Shown one piece after another: positions 39,847-49,825 of a stretch of DNA of 64,000 bases. How positions within the stretch are numbered: position 1 is the stretch's first letter; the number at the start of each line of letters is the position of its first letter. The position numbers and the translations under genes were made by a program. Location of the stretch: the IMG/VR virus record IMGVR_UViG_3300007539_009079, one strand, 5' to 3'. Under the pieces are notes generated by a model that saw nothing but the letters and a program-made list of their open reading frames with translations, did not search any database and was not told the DNA's origin. This stretch comes from an uncultured virus (IMG/VR IMGVR_UViG_3300007539_009079). Its lineage: Duplodnaviria; Heunggongvirae; Uroviricota; Caudoviricetes.

Positions 39847-40720
39847 TAGTGTTTTTGATCACATTAAGGGTGGCAGATATTATTTTGGAGAATTTAAAAA
39901 TGGCATGGAACATGGTATAGGCTATTACTCTATAGAGTTATGGAATCAAAAATTTGTCGGAGAATTTAAAAATGATAAGGCAAATGGAATAGGTTTAAAG
40001 ATTCAAGGTCCTGAAACCGATTGGGAGAGAAAAATAGTATGTGAGTTTTTAGATAATTCTCATGAAGGTATTGGAATGTATGTTTGGCCTTCAGGTGCAA
40101 AATACGTTGGACATTTTAAAGATGATGTGGCGAAAGGACTAGGAATTTTTATCACTCATGAGGGATTTAAATATATTGGTAACATGTCTAATGATGATAA
40201 TGAAATAGGTGTTAAGGGAATAGGCTGTAAAGGACATGATTTTTTTATAAGAGGTGATGGAATTTGGTATGATGCTCAAAATAATATTGTAGATATAAAA
40301 AAATTTGGTTATGATGTACACGGTTTTAAAAGAATAAACAATGTAGAGTATTGGCCGGACGGAACTTATTATGTTGGAGATTTTAAAAACGATTTATATC
40401 ATGGTTATGGTAAATTATATTTTAGTGAGAGTAGATTTTATGAAGGTCAATTTTCTCAGGGTATGTTTCACGGAAAAGGCATATTTCATCACGGTGATGA
40501 GTATGTTGTCGGACAATTTTTGAATCATCATATTTCAGGTTACGCAGAAGCAAAATTCAATAGAGGAAGTTATAAAGGATATTGGAATAAAAATAGATTT
40601 CACGGTGAAGGGATTTTAATATATGATGATTTAACATTTGATGGAACATTTTTTAATGTTAATATAAATGATACGGGCGGAAGAAGCACAAATTTTATAT
40701 CAAAAAATAATAAAGATTAA
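39839..40720 (+). CDS. MORN-repeat protein
   Basis: Repeated Y.G.F.....HG.G...(W/Y) units. Confidence 0.88.
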   Translation: MINSVFDHIKGGRYYFGEFKNGMEHGIGYYSIELWNQKFVGEFKNDKANGIGLKIQGPETDWERKIVCEFLDNSHEGIGMYVWPSGAKYVGHFKDDVAKGLGIFITHEGFKYIGNMSNDDNEIGVKGIGCKGHDFFIRGDGIWYDAQNNIVDIKKFGYDVHGFKRINNVEYWPDGTYYVGDFKNDLYHGYGKLYFSESRFYEGQFSQGMFHGKGIFHHGDEYVVGQFLNHHISGYAEAKFNRGSYKGYWNKNRFHGEGILIYDDLTFDGTFFNVNINDTGGRSTNFISKNNKD

Positions 40721-40725
40721 TAGAA

Positions 40726-42057
40726 ATGTCAAAATATTGTTATTACGCATTAGGTGGTTTAAATTATAAGAATGGCGTTATTACAACTTGTCCTAGACAG
40801 GCGGATCAATTAGTTTACGCACACGAAACAATTAAACCTTCAGAAATTTTTAATCATAAAAATTTTATCGATCTTAGAAAAAAATTATATGAAAATAAAT
40901 GGCCAACCGGTTGTTCTACGTGTCAAGAGATGGAAGAACATAATTTAAACTCAATGAGATATGATTATGTGCTGAACAAAAATGATGTTTTTTGTAAAAA
41001 ATCAATTGAAGGAACAATTGAAAAAAGTCCTATTAAACTAATGGATTGTTATGATAAAAATAATCATTTTGTCAAAGCAGAAGGGTTAAGACATGTTGAA
41101 ATTAGATTTAGTAAAGCGTGTAATTTTGCATGTTTACATTGTTCAAAAGTTTATTCTACAGGCTGGGATCGTAAATTGCAGAATTATGTTCCCGATGATG
41201 ATGTAGTTAGAAATGATTTGAGGCAACTATTGGGGACAGAACACAGGCATGGACCAAATGATAAAAATGAAATGTCTCTAACAACTAAAGAGGCACTTAT
41301 AATTGTTGAGGATTTGAATGAAAATTTTCCTTATATCAATTATGTAGATTTTGCTGGAGGAGAAGTTTTATATCAAAAGCAATTTTTCCCAACACTTGAA
41401 AAATTATCAGAACACCCTAATGCAAAAAATATGCATATTTCGTTTCATACAAATTTTAATGCAAATTTTGATGTTGAAAAATTATCTAATGCATTGGAAA
41501 AATTTGGTAAAAGTACGATAACTATTTCCGTGGATGCTGGAAAATCTTTCTATTCTTATTTTAGACACGGAGGTCAGTGGGAAAAATTAAAAGAAAATGT
41601 AAAAAAATTTAGAGATATTAATTATTTTACATATGTAGATGTTAGTTGTACAACATCAATATTTCAAATGTTGGATATCTATGATATTTTTGAATCTTTT
41701 TTTGAATTGGATTTAAATTTTGATGCATCTATTGTTCAAACTCCAAAATATTTAGATCCTTCTTTGATATTATATGATTTTAGAGATCATACATTTAAAG
41801 ATATAGAAAAAACATATGATTTGATATCAAAAATAGAAAAACAAAAAAAATCTAGAGTGGACTTAATGCAAGATAGAGGCGCAAGATATTGGCTAGATTA
41901 TATTGTTGAATATATTAAAAATGTTAAAGTTGGTTACAACCAATTTAATAGATTTTTAATTTATAGGAAAAAATCCGATGAATTGTGGAAACAAAATTTT
42001 AATGATTATTTTTTAAACTATCAAATCATTGATGATGAATTGGTTAGAATTAGATGA
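40726..42057 (+). CDS. Radical SAM protein with N-terminal twitch domain
   Basis: YCYY...TCP...CSTC; CNFACLHC; AGGE; HTN; SVD. Confidence 0.9.
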   Translation: MSKYCYYALGGLNYKNGVITTCPRQADQLVYAHETIKPSEIFNHKNFIDLRKKLYENKWPTGCSTCQEMEEHNLNSMRYDYVLNKNDVFCKKSIEGTIEKSPIKLMDCYDKNNHFVKAEGLRHVEIRFSKACNFACLHCSKVYSTGWDRKLQNYVPDDDVVRNDLRQLLGTEHRHGPNDKNEMSLTTKEALIIVEDLNENFPYINYVDFAGGEVLYQKQFFPTLEKLSEHPNAKNMHISFHTNFNANFDVEKLSNALEKFGKSTITISVDAGKSFYSYFRHGGQWEKLKENVKKFRDINYFTYVDVSCTTSIFQMLDIYDIFESFFELDLNFDASIVQTPKYLDPSLILYDFRDHTFKDIEKTYDLISKIEKQKKSRVDLMQDRGARYWLDYIVEYIKNVKVGYNQFNRFLIYRKKSDELWKQNFNDYFLNYQIIDDELVRIR

Positions 42058-42722
42058 AATTTAATATTTACATTGGCTATGACGATCAGCGAAATAATAT
42101 TTTCAAAGTATGTGAAAAAAGTATACTAAAAAATAGCAAAAATAATATTGAAATATTTAAAATAGGTAATTCAATTTTAAATAAAAATATTTGGTACAGA
42201 GAAAAAAATAAATATGAATCGACAGATTTTTCAATTTCTAGATTTTTAGTTCCTTTTTTATCTAATTTTTCTGACATATCAATTTTCATGGATGATGATT
42301 TCTTGTGGAAATGCGATGTTTCTGATTTGATGGAATTTTATGATGATAGTAAATCTGTTATGGTTTGTAAGCATAATTACATATCAAAATTTGAAACAAA
42401 ATGGAATTCAAATAAACAAATCAATTATGCTAGAAAAAATTGGAGCAGTTTGATGATTTTTAATAGCAAACATTTTGATTGTAAAAATTTAAATGTGAAA
42501 AATGTCAATGAAAAATCTGCATTATGGTTGCATCAATTTAAGTGGACTGATGATAAAAATATCGGTCAAATACCTCTAAATTATAATTATTTGGTTGGCG
42601 AGTATGAAGAAAATTTTAATGATATAAAAGCATTACATTTTACTAATGGGTGTCCTATATATGATGATTCTATAAAAACAAGACATTCAAATGAATGGTT
42701 AGAGATCTATGAAAGTTTATAA
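42054..42722 (+). CDS. Glycosyltransferase (GT8-like)
   Basis: IYIGYD, STDFS.SRFLVP, FMDDD, RKNWSS, LHQF.W, YN.LVG.Y, LHFT.G.P. Confidence 0.85.
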   Translation: MKFNIYIGYDDQRNNIFKVCEKSILKNSKNNIEIFKIGNSILNKNIWYREKNKYESTDFSISRFLVPFLSNFSDISIFMDDDFLWKCDVSDLMEFYDDSKSVMVCKHNYISKFETKWNSNKQINYARKNWSSLMIFNSKHFDCKNLNVKNVNEKSALWLHQFKWTDDKNIGQIPLNYNYLVGEYEENFNDIKALHFTNGCPIYDDSIKTRHSNEWLEIYESL

Positions 42723-42724
42723 AA

Positions 42725-44146
42725 ATGATTGATAATGATCCTGATAATTTACCTTCTGATACTTTTTGTGCATTACCTTGGATGCATATATCAACAAGAC
42801 CTAATGGACACATGAGAGTTTGCTGTACGGCAAATGCCTCGGCAGTTCAAGATAAAGATTCTACTATAAAAACGGTATCTGAAGCAGGAGTTTTAAGAAG
42901 AGAAGATGGTAAACCCGCAAATTTAGCAACAACAGGTTTGATTGAAGCATGGAATAATGATTACATGAAGGCCGTAAGACGTAAAATGTTGAAGGGAGAA
43001 AGACCGGCATCTTGCATCAAATGCTTCAAAGAAGAAGATTCTGGTCATAGGAGCAAAAGACAATGGGAAACGGCAAAATGGGTAAATGAATTAGGTATTG
43101 ATGATATATTGTCTGGAACAGAAAAAGATGGTTCTATTCCCCCCAGAGTTAGATATATAGACTTGAGATTGGGGTCCAAATGTCAATTAGCTTGTGTGAT
43201 GTGTAGTCCTCATGATTCTTCAAATTGGGTTAAAGAATATAAAGAAATATATCCTACTTTAAAAAATGATAGACTTAGAAATTCACAACTATGGGAAAAA
43301 GATTCTGGAAAATTAGCATGGTCTGGAGGATCGTATGCATGGCATAAAAAAAATCCAAATTTTTGGGAAGAATTTTGGACACAAATACCGACTTTAAAGC
43401 AATTATATTGGGCAGGCGGTGAATCTTTAATAATGAGAGAACATTATATGGTTTTAGAAAAAATTATTGAAATGGGTTTTTCTAAAAACATAGAGATTAG
43501 ATATAATTCGAATGGTTTAGAGTGGGATTCTAATTTATTTGATTTATGGAAAGAGTTTAAAAACGTCATCTTTCATTTTAGCATAGATTCTTACAAAGAT
43601 CAAAATCATTTTATTAGATACCCTTCTCCTTGGAGAAAAGTTGTAAATCAATTAAAAAAATTAGATGATTATCCTTTTGGAAATTTAAGATTAACCACCG
43701 CAACAACAATAACTGCTTTAAATATTTTTTATTTGCCAGAATTTATTTCTTGGAAATTAGGACAAGATTGGAAATTGTTGAATAGGTTTCCAGCAGGTGC
43801 TGGCATGATTGATTTACATCTTGCATATTGGCCTCCTCAATTGAATTGTAAAGTACTACCGAATTGGTTTAAAAAAGAGGTTACGTTAAAATTTAAAGAT
43901 TTCTATATTTGGTTAAAAGATAATTGGAAAAAATGTAATGGTGTAGAAAATTTAAAATATGAAGAATGGGTAGATTTACCTTATGGTATAAAAAGATTAG
44001 AGGGTTTGATATCATTTATGAATTCAGAAGATTGGTCAGAAAGATTGCCAGAAACGGCAGAATGGTGTTTTAAGATATCTGAACATAGACAATTAGATTT
44101 TTTAGAAATATTTCCAGATTTAGAATGGTTGGAGTGGTATAAATGA
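42725..44146 (+). CDS. Radical SAM protein with N-terminal twitch domain
   Basis: FCALPW.H...RVCC...CIKC..EE; DLRLG.KCQLACVMC.P..SS.W; AGGE; YNSNG; SID; IRYP. Confidence 0.93.
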   Translation: MIDNDPDNLPSDTFCALPWMHISTRPNGHMRVCCTANASAVQDKDSTIKTVSEAGVLRREDGKPANLATTGLIEAWNNDYMKAVRRKMLKGERPASCIKCFKEEDSGHRSKRQWETAKWVNELGIDDILSGTEKDGSIPPRVRYIDLRLGSKCQLACVMCSPHDSSNWVKEYKEIYPTLKNDRLRNSQLWEKDSGKLAWSGGSYAWHKKNPNFWEEFWTQIPTLKQLYWAGGESLIMREHYMVLEKIIEMGFSKNIEIRYNSNGLEWDSNLFDLWKEFKNVIFHFSIDSYKDQNHFIRYPSPWRKVVNQLKKLDDYPFGNLRLTTATTITALNIFYLPEFISWKLGQDWKLLNRFPAGAGMIDLHLAYWPPQLNCKVLPNWFKKEVTLKFKDFYIWLKDNWKKCNGVENLKYEEWVDLPYGIKRLEGLISFMNSEDWSERLPETAEWCFKISEHRQLDFLEIFPDLEWLEWYK

Positions 44147-44952
44147 AAGAAGAAAAAATATTAATCGAAATACCAGAATATGTTTCGAGATATAATGAAA
44201 GTATATTGAAAAAATTATATTCAGTTCCTTTTGATGTAAATGATAAAAACATTAAAGATTATCCATTCAATAAAATTTCAAAAAATTATATAGATCAACT
44301 CTACTCTTCTGTGGACTCATTCGTGAAAAGAAAAGTAGAGACAATTGGTATGTGGATGTCAGGGGGCGCGGATAGTTCTATTCTCGCTTATTTGTTGTGT
44401 AAAAAAATAAAAGAAGAGAATTTAGAAATCAATTTTCAACCTCTATCGGTAAGAAGAACTAGAGGATGGAATCCTATATACGCTGCTAATGTTATTGATT
44501 TCATTTGTGATAAATTAAAATTTGATCGTATGAATGATCACATCATATACTTTCCTGATAAAAAAAACACAGAATATATTGAGATATCAGTTTTTTGGGA
44601 AAAAAATTATGAATTATTTAAAAATGACGTAATTCAAGTTTTATTTTCTGGTATAACCTCAAACCCCCCAAAAGAATCAAATTTACCTTTAAATAAAGAG
44701 AGAAATAGAGATGATCACATCATTAAAAAAACTTTTTCTTGTGATAGTATGAAAACTTTTTACGATCCTTTTATTAATATAAATAAAAAAATTATAAAAA
44801 AAATTTATGATGATAATAATTTAACAAATTCTCTTTTTCCATTGACAAGAAGTTGTGAAGGAAACGAAAAAGATTCTGGAAATTTCACCTATCATTGTAA
44901 AAAATGTTGGTGGTGTCAAGAGAGATTTTGGGCATTTGGTAAATATGAATAA
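44143..44952 (+). CDS. QueC-like PP-loop ATPase
   Basis: MSGGADS PP-loop, PF....K, TRSC...HC..CWWC.ER. Confidence 0.75.
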   Translation: MKEEKILIEIPEYVSRYNESILKKLYSVPFDVNDKNIKDYPFNKISKNYIDQLYSSVDSFVKRKVETIGMWMSGGADSSILAYLLCKKIKEENLEINFQPLSVRRTRGWNPIYAANVIDFICDKLKFDRMNDHIIYFPDKKNTEYIEISVFWEKNYELFKNDVIQVLFSGITSNPPKESNLPLNKERNRDDHIIKKTFSCDSMKTFYDPFININKKIIKKIYDDNNLTNSLFPLTRSCEGNEKDSGNFTYHCKKCWWCQERFWAFGKYE

Positions 44953-46072
44953 TATAGAAGATGTCTCAAATAGATATCAAATAATATGGGATTTGGGTAG
45001 AAGATGTTCATATTCTTGTTCTTATTGTCCTCCCCACAGAAATAATAAAACATCATCTTTCATAGATTATTCTACACTTTGCTCTACAATGGATAAAGTC
45101 GCAGAATATTCATATCTTTATGATAGCTTTAGACAAAAACCTGCCAAAAAAAAGTTAAGTTTTACTGGAGGTGAACCTACAGTACATCCTGAATTTTTTT
45201 CATTTTTAGAGTATATTAAGGATAATTTTCCCGAATTTAGTCGAGGATTGACAACTAACGGGTGGTTCAATGATAAGATTTTAGACAAAGTTAAAAAATT
45301 AACAACTGGAGGAACATTATCATATCACTGTGAGGCAACCCCAAAAATGAAAGAAAAAGTCGTCAATAATTCGATAGCCTTGAGAGACAACTTCAAAGTT
45401 AATGTGATGTTTCATAAAGATTTCTTTGATGAATGTGTAAAAGTTTGTGACACTCTACAGAAAAATAATGTGAATTTTATACCTAGAATCATTGGAGATG
45501 AAGAGGTGGATGAAAAAGCAATTGAAATGGGATATGCCCATAGATATACTAGAACTCAAATGAGTTGGTTTAGAAATTATTGGAAAGAACTTGGTCAAGA
45601 AACCGCAGAAACTGGATTTAGTCAAAAAGGATTGGGTAGACCTTGTTGTGGTGGTAGATGTTTTAAGGCAGATGGTCTAGATTCATATTTTTTATCAGAT
45701 ACAAATTTTTATGGTTGGTCTTGTATGGTAAATTGGTTTTTCTTATTTTTAAATTCAGAATTGGATATTGTATATACACACCAGACTTGTTCTGTAAATT
45801 TAGAAGGTAAGGTTGCCCCATTGGGTAAAATATCCGACTTTAATAAAATAATCGATGAATTGGGGGATTATTTATTTTCGAAAAAAATTCCAATGATAAA
45901 ATGTCCTAAAAATTTTTGCGGTTGTGGTATGTGCATAACAAAATCAAAAACAGATATTTCTCAGATGTTTGATAGGCATACAATTAAAGAATTATCTTTC
46001 TATGATCAGAAACAGCGAAAAAGTAATTTTGAATCAGATTTAACAGTTAAAAAGATATTTGAGTCATTATGA
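44945..46072 (+). CDS. Radical SAM protein (W.LGR subfamily) with Cys-rich C-terminus
   Basis: WDLGRRCSYSCSYC, FTGGEPT.HP, TNG, SYH, PCCGGRC, CPKNFCGCGMC. Confidence 0.9.
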   Translation: MNNIEDVSNRYQIIWDLGRRCSYSCSYCPPHRNNKTSSFIDYSTLCSTMDKVAEYSYLYDSFRQKPAKKKLSFTGGEPTVHPEFFSFLEYIKDNFPEFSRGLTTNGWFNDKILDKVKKLTTGGTLSYHCEATPKMKEKVVNNSIALRDNFKVNVMFHKDFFDECVKVCDTLQKNNVNFIPRIIGDEEVDEKAIEMGYAHRYTRTQMSWFRNYWKELGQETAETGFSQKGLGRPCCGGRCFKADGLDSYFLSDTNFYGWSCMVNWFFLFLNSELDIVYTHQTCSVNLEGKVAPLGKISDFNKIIDELGDYLFSKKIPMIKCPKNFCGCGMCITKSKTDISQMFDRHTIKELSFYDQKQRKSNFESDLTVKKIFESL

Positions 46073-47169
46073 AACATTTTTGTATGGCGCCATTCGTTCA
46101 TGTTCAAAAGAATTCTTTTAATGAATTTAATCCATGCTGCATGTTCAATAAAAGAATTTATCATAAACATGATAGTATTTCATCAGCATTTAATAGTCCA
46201 GAAAACTTAGAATTGAGAAAAAAAATGTTAAATGATGAATATATAGATGGATGTGAAAAATGTTATCGGGACGAATCCCTTGATAAAATTAGTTATAGAC
46301 AAAGATTCAATGATAGATATTTAGATAAAGGGTATGTAGAAAATCCTAAAATTAAAGAATTAGAAATTGCTTTGAGTAATAAATGCAATTTTAAGTGCGT
46401 TGATTGTAATACAAAATTTAGTTCATCTTGGTACAATGATGATATATTGTTAGGTAGAACTTTTTACACAAGTAAAGGTAGAGATGTTACTTTTAGTATT
46501 AAAGATGAAGATTATGAATATTTAGAATTGGATGAAATAAAAATTTTAGGAGGCGAACCTTTTCTTGAAAAAAGATATTTAGATATATTTAAAAAAATAG
46601 ATGTTGAAAATATTAGTTTGTTTTTTGTTACAAATAATTCAATATTTCCGAGTATTGAATGGATTGAACAATTGAGAAAATTTAAAAATGTTATTTTTAA
46701 CATTAGCATTGATGGTGTATACGATGTTGCAGAATTTGTTCGATACGGTAAAAAATTTTCTAAATTTGAAAACAACTATGATAAATGGATTTCATTAAAT
46801 ATTAAAAATATGAAAATCGTTCCGCATTATGTTTTTCATTCATTGAATATATTGAACTTTGATGATACTATAAATTGGCTAAAAATTAGACACCCCAATG
46901 AAAACATAAAAAATGTATTATCTTATGATTTTTTAATGCAACCGGACATGTTAAATTTATCTTTTCTTCCTGAGGAGTGTAAAAGTTTGATAATCGATAA
47001 TATTGAAAATTTTAAGGATGAAATTAAATCTTTTTTAAACACCAATCAATATCAAAAAGAAAAATGTATGGAATTGCTCAAATATTATAATTTTTTAAAT
47101 TTGAGAATAGATGGACCAAAACAAACTGAAAGATTCATGAAATGTTTAAGATCAATATTGTCGAAATAG
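46069..47169 (+). CDS. Radical SAM protein with N-terminal twitch domain
   Basis: FCMAPF...PCC...CEKC; SNKCNFKCVDC...SS.W; GGEP; SIDG; RYG. Confidence 0.9.
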   Translation: MKHFCMAPFVHVQKNSFNEFNPCCMFNKRIYHKHDSISSAFNSPENLELRKKMLNDEYIDGCEKCYRDESLDKISYRQRFNDRYLDKGYVENPKIKELEIALSNKCNFKCVDCNTKFSSSWYNDDILLGRTFYTSKGRDVTFSIKDEDYEYLELDEIKILGGEPFLEKRYLDIFKKIDVENISLFFVTNNSIFPSIEWIEQLRKFKNVIFNISIDGVYDVAEFVRYGKKFSKFENNYDKWISLNIKNMKIVPHYVFHSLNILNFDDTINWLKIRHPNENIKNVLSYDFLMQPDMLNLSFLPEECKSLIIDNIENFKDEIKSFLNTNQYQKEKCMELLKYYNFLNLRIDGPKQTERFMKCLRSILSK

Positions 47170-48128
47170 AATTATCATCATTATGTAATGCAAAATGTTC
47201 AGCCTGTATGAGAACAATGTTAGATCAAAATGGTAAAAAATATTATAAGGGAAATATTTCATTTGATGATATTGTGAAATGGTTTAGAGATATTAATTTA
47301 TCTGACACAAAGTTTAAATTATGTGGAGTTTTGGGTGATCCAATGATAAATCCAGAATTACATGATATTATATTCTATCTTCTCTATGAAAAAAATGTAA
47401 AAAATATTGAAATGTCTACAAATGGAGGAACACGTACACAAAAATTTTGGAAAGAATTAGGAATTTTATCTAAACATTCGAAAAAAAGGTTTTACGTTCA
47501 TTGGGCCATTGATGGTGCCACTAGAAATGATTATAGAGAAAATGTTGATTTAAAAAAAGTTTGGGAGAATGTTAATTCTTATCATTCTGGAGGAGGAAAT
47601 TCAATATGGCAATATATAATTTTTGATTATAATGAAAATGAGGTTGATATAGCAAGACAAATGGCAAAAAACAATAATATGAAATTCGCAACAAGAAAAA
47701 GTTGGAGAAATAATTCAGACTTTGCAAAAGTAAAATCAAAAGCTGCAAAAGAAATTGATTCTGAAAAATATGAAGATGTAGAAAAAAGAGCATATGATAA
47801 AACGTATGAGGATGCAAAAATAATTTGCAGGCATAAAGTAAAAGGTGAAATTTATATTGGAGCAAATAACAGATTATGGCCTTGCTGTCATTTATATGAT
47901 GAAGATGTTGCGCAAAAAAATAATTCTATAATGCATTTACTTGAAAATGTTGGCCATGATTTTAATGATTTAAACAAATATAGTATAGAAGATATTTTAT
48001 CAAGCGAATGGTATGAAACAACTCTTGAGGAAAGTTGGAATAAATTTCATTCATTACATTTACCTAGATGTTATCTGACTTGTGGTGATAATGGAAAACG
48101 TGCTGTAATAAAACAGTTAGAGGAATAA
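47142..48128 (+). CDS. Radical SAM protein with C-terminal SPASM/twitch
   Basis: ELSSLCNAKCSAC, CG.LGDP, TNGG, AIDG, WQYIIF..N, WPCC, C...CG. Confidence 0.9.
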   Translation: MFKINIVEIELSSLCNAKCSACMRTMLDQNGKKYYKGNISFDDIVKWFRDINLSDTKFKLCGVLGDPMINPELHDIIFYLLYEKNVKNIEMSTNGGTRTQKFWKELGILSKHSKKRFYVHWAIDGATRNDYRENVDLKKVWENVNSYHSGGGNSIWQYIIFDYNENEVDIARQMAKNNNMKFATRKSWRNNSDFAKVKSKAAKEIDSEKYEDVEKRAYDKTYEDAKIICRHKVKGEIYIGANNRLWPCCHLYDEDVAQKNNSIMHLLENVGHDFNDLNKYSIEDILSSEWYETTLEESWNKFHSLHLPRCYLTCGDNGKRAVIKQLEE

Positions 48129-48235
48129 TGTCACCTCTAACATATACAAAACCTCTCAATATATTATTAATATTAAATGAAATAGATTTAATAACACAAG
48201 AATACAAAAAAATATGTGGAAAACTGAAACAGTAG
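48128..48235 (+). CDS. Possible 35 aa peptide (not in the ORF track)
   Basis: GAGGA RBS and TAATG coupling; MSPLTYTKPLNILLILNEIDLITQEYKKICGKLKQ*; overlaps the next start. Confidence 0.3.
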   Translation: MSPLTYTKPLNILLILNEIDLITQEYKKICGKLKQ

Positions 48236-49158
48236 AATGGATTGATATAGAGTTAACATCTTATTGTAACATCAATTGTACGGGTTGCTTGCGTCAACAG
48301 TCAGATAATGTTTCTAGTATATTAAATAAAGAATATCTAAAAATATCTGATATTAAAAAATGGTTAAATAAAAAAGATTTTCCATCTATTAAAATAATTA
48401 ATTTTTGTGGTTCCATAGATGAACCTACATCACATCCAGAATTTTTTGAGGTTCTTGAATATTTTAAAACTTGGAATTGTCATATCAATATTGCCACAAA
48501 TGGTTCAATTAGAACTGAAAACTGGTGGAAAAAATTAGCATTATTGTTAAGAGATTGTTCACATAACATACATTTTGGAATTGATGGTTTGAATGGTTTA
48601 AGTGAAAAATATAGGGTCAATAGTAATTACGATAAAGTTAAAAAAAATTTTAGATCATTCATATCAAATGGCGGTAAGGCTATATGGCAATTTATTGTTT
48701 TTGATTGGAATGAACATCAGATTGAGGATGCTTATAATTTTTCAGTTGATGAAGGATTCATTGGCTTTAGAAAAATATATTCACACAGAAAAACATCTGG
48801 AGAAAAGAAAATAGATAGATATGAATCAGAAGAGATAGAGTGTAAATATGCCAAACAAAAAAGAATTTTTATCAATCATCTAGGTAATGTTATACCTTGC
48901 TGTCACTTAAATTCTGAAACGTTAGAAATTTTGGCAGCAGAAAAAATAAAGACTAATTATGGAGAACTATTTTTAAAACACGGAAAACAATTAGAGACAA
49001 ATTTAAAATATCAGAAAATTAATGAAGTAATTGAAGGACAATTTTTTGAAGATATTATAAAATCTTGGTCAACTAAAAATCCGATTAAAAAATGTCACAC
49101 TACTTGTAAAAAAAAGAATTATGACTTATTCGATGATACAAAAATAATAAATAATTAA
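48214..49158 (+). CDS. Radical SAM protein with C-terminal SPASM/twitch
   Basis: ELTSYCNINCTGC, CG..DEP, TNG, FGIDG, WQFIVF.WN, IPCC, C...C. Confidence 0.9.
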   Translation: MWKTETVEWIDIELTSYCNINCTGCLRQQSDNVSSILNKEYLKISDIKKWLNKKDFPSIKIINFCGSIDEPTSHPEFFEVLEYFKTWNCHINIATNGSIRTENWWKKLALLLRDCSHNIHFGIDGLNGLSEKYRVNSNYDKVKKNFRSFISNGGKAIWQFIVFDWNEHQIEDAYNFSVDEGFIGFRKIYSHRKTSGEKKIDRYESEEIECKYAKQKRIFINHLGNVIPCCHLNSETLEILAAEKIKTNYGELFLKHGKQLETNLKYQKINEVIEGQFFEDIIKSWSTKNPIKKCHTTCKKKNYDLFDDTKIINN

Positions 49159-49185
49159 GAATAATTTTCTATAGGAGAAAAATTT

Positions 49186-49824
49186 ATGTTTAAGCAAATG
49201 ATTAAAAAAACGATTTACAAATCTCAAAAATGTCAAAGAAATTGGGATTTAGAAAAACAAATGCCAGAAGAAGACATTGATTTAATTTTATTGTCAGCAA
49301 CACAATGTCCTAGTAAGCAAAATTTATCATATTATAATGTTCACTCTATAACTGATCGTGAAAAAATAGAGAAAATTCATAGTATGACAAAAGGCTTTGG
49401 TCCTATACACGCAGATAATAATTACACTGGAGAATTTTTAGACGGTGAGCATGAGAACGAGGAGTATAAAACTAATTCTCAAGTTTTGGGTAATTTATTA
49501 TTGGCGTTTACGAGCAATGAAAAATCTTTACACCAAAGAGAAAAAGATAGTGAAATTGATCAAAAAATAAATGAGGACGATAGATTAATGGCAGTAGGTA
49601 TTGCCGCTGGTTACGTGAATGTTGTTTCAACTATGTTAGGTTACTCGACTGGGTGCTGTAAATGTTTTGATTCAAAAGAATTGAATGAATATTTGGGTGA
49701 ACCTACTATGCTTTTGATGGGTATTGGATTTAATGATTCTAGTAGAAATAGAAGAGAACACCATTATGATAAAGAATTTACATTTCCATCATTAAAGAAG
49801 ACTATTGAAGTGACGCATCATTGA
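49186..49824 (+). CDS. Nitroreductase-family flavoprotein
   Basis: QRNWD...P..D...I...A..CPSKQN, AVGIAAG......LGY.TG, LLMGIG; AGGAG RBS. Confidence 0.8.
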   Translation: MFKQMIKKTIYKSQKCQRNWDLEKQMPEEDIDLILLSATQCPSKQNLSYYNVHSITDREKIEKIHSMTKGFGPIHADNNYTGEFLDGEHENEEYKTNSQVLGNLLLAFTSNEKSLHQREKDSEIDQKINEDDRLMAVGIAAGYVNVVSTMLGYSTGCCKCFDSKELNEYLGEPTMLLMGIGFNDSSRNRREHHYDKEFTFPSLKKTIEVTHH

Positions 49825-49825
49825 T

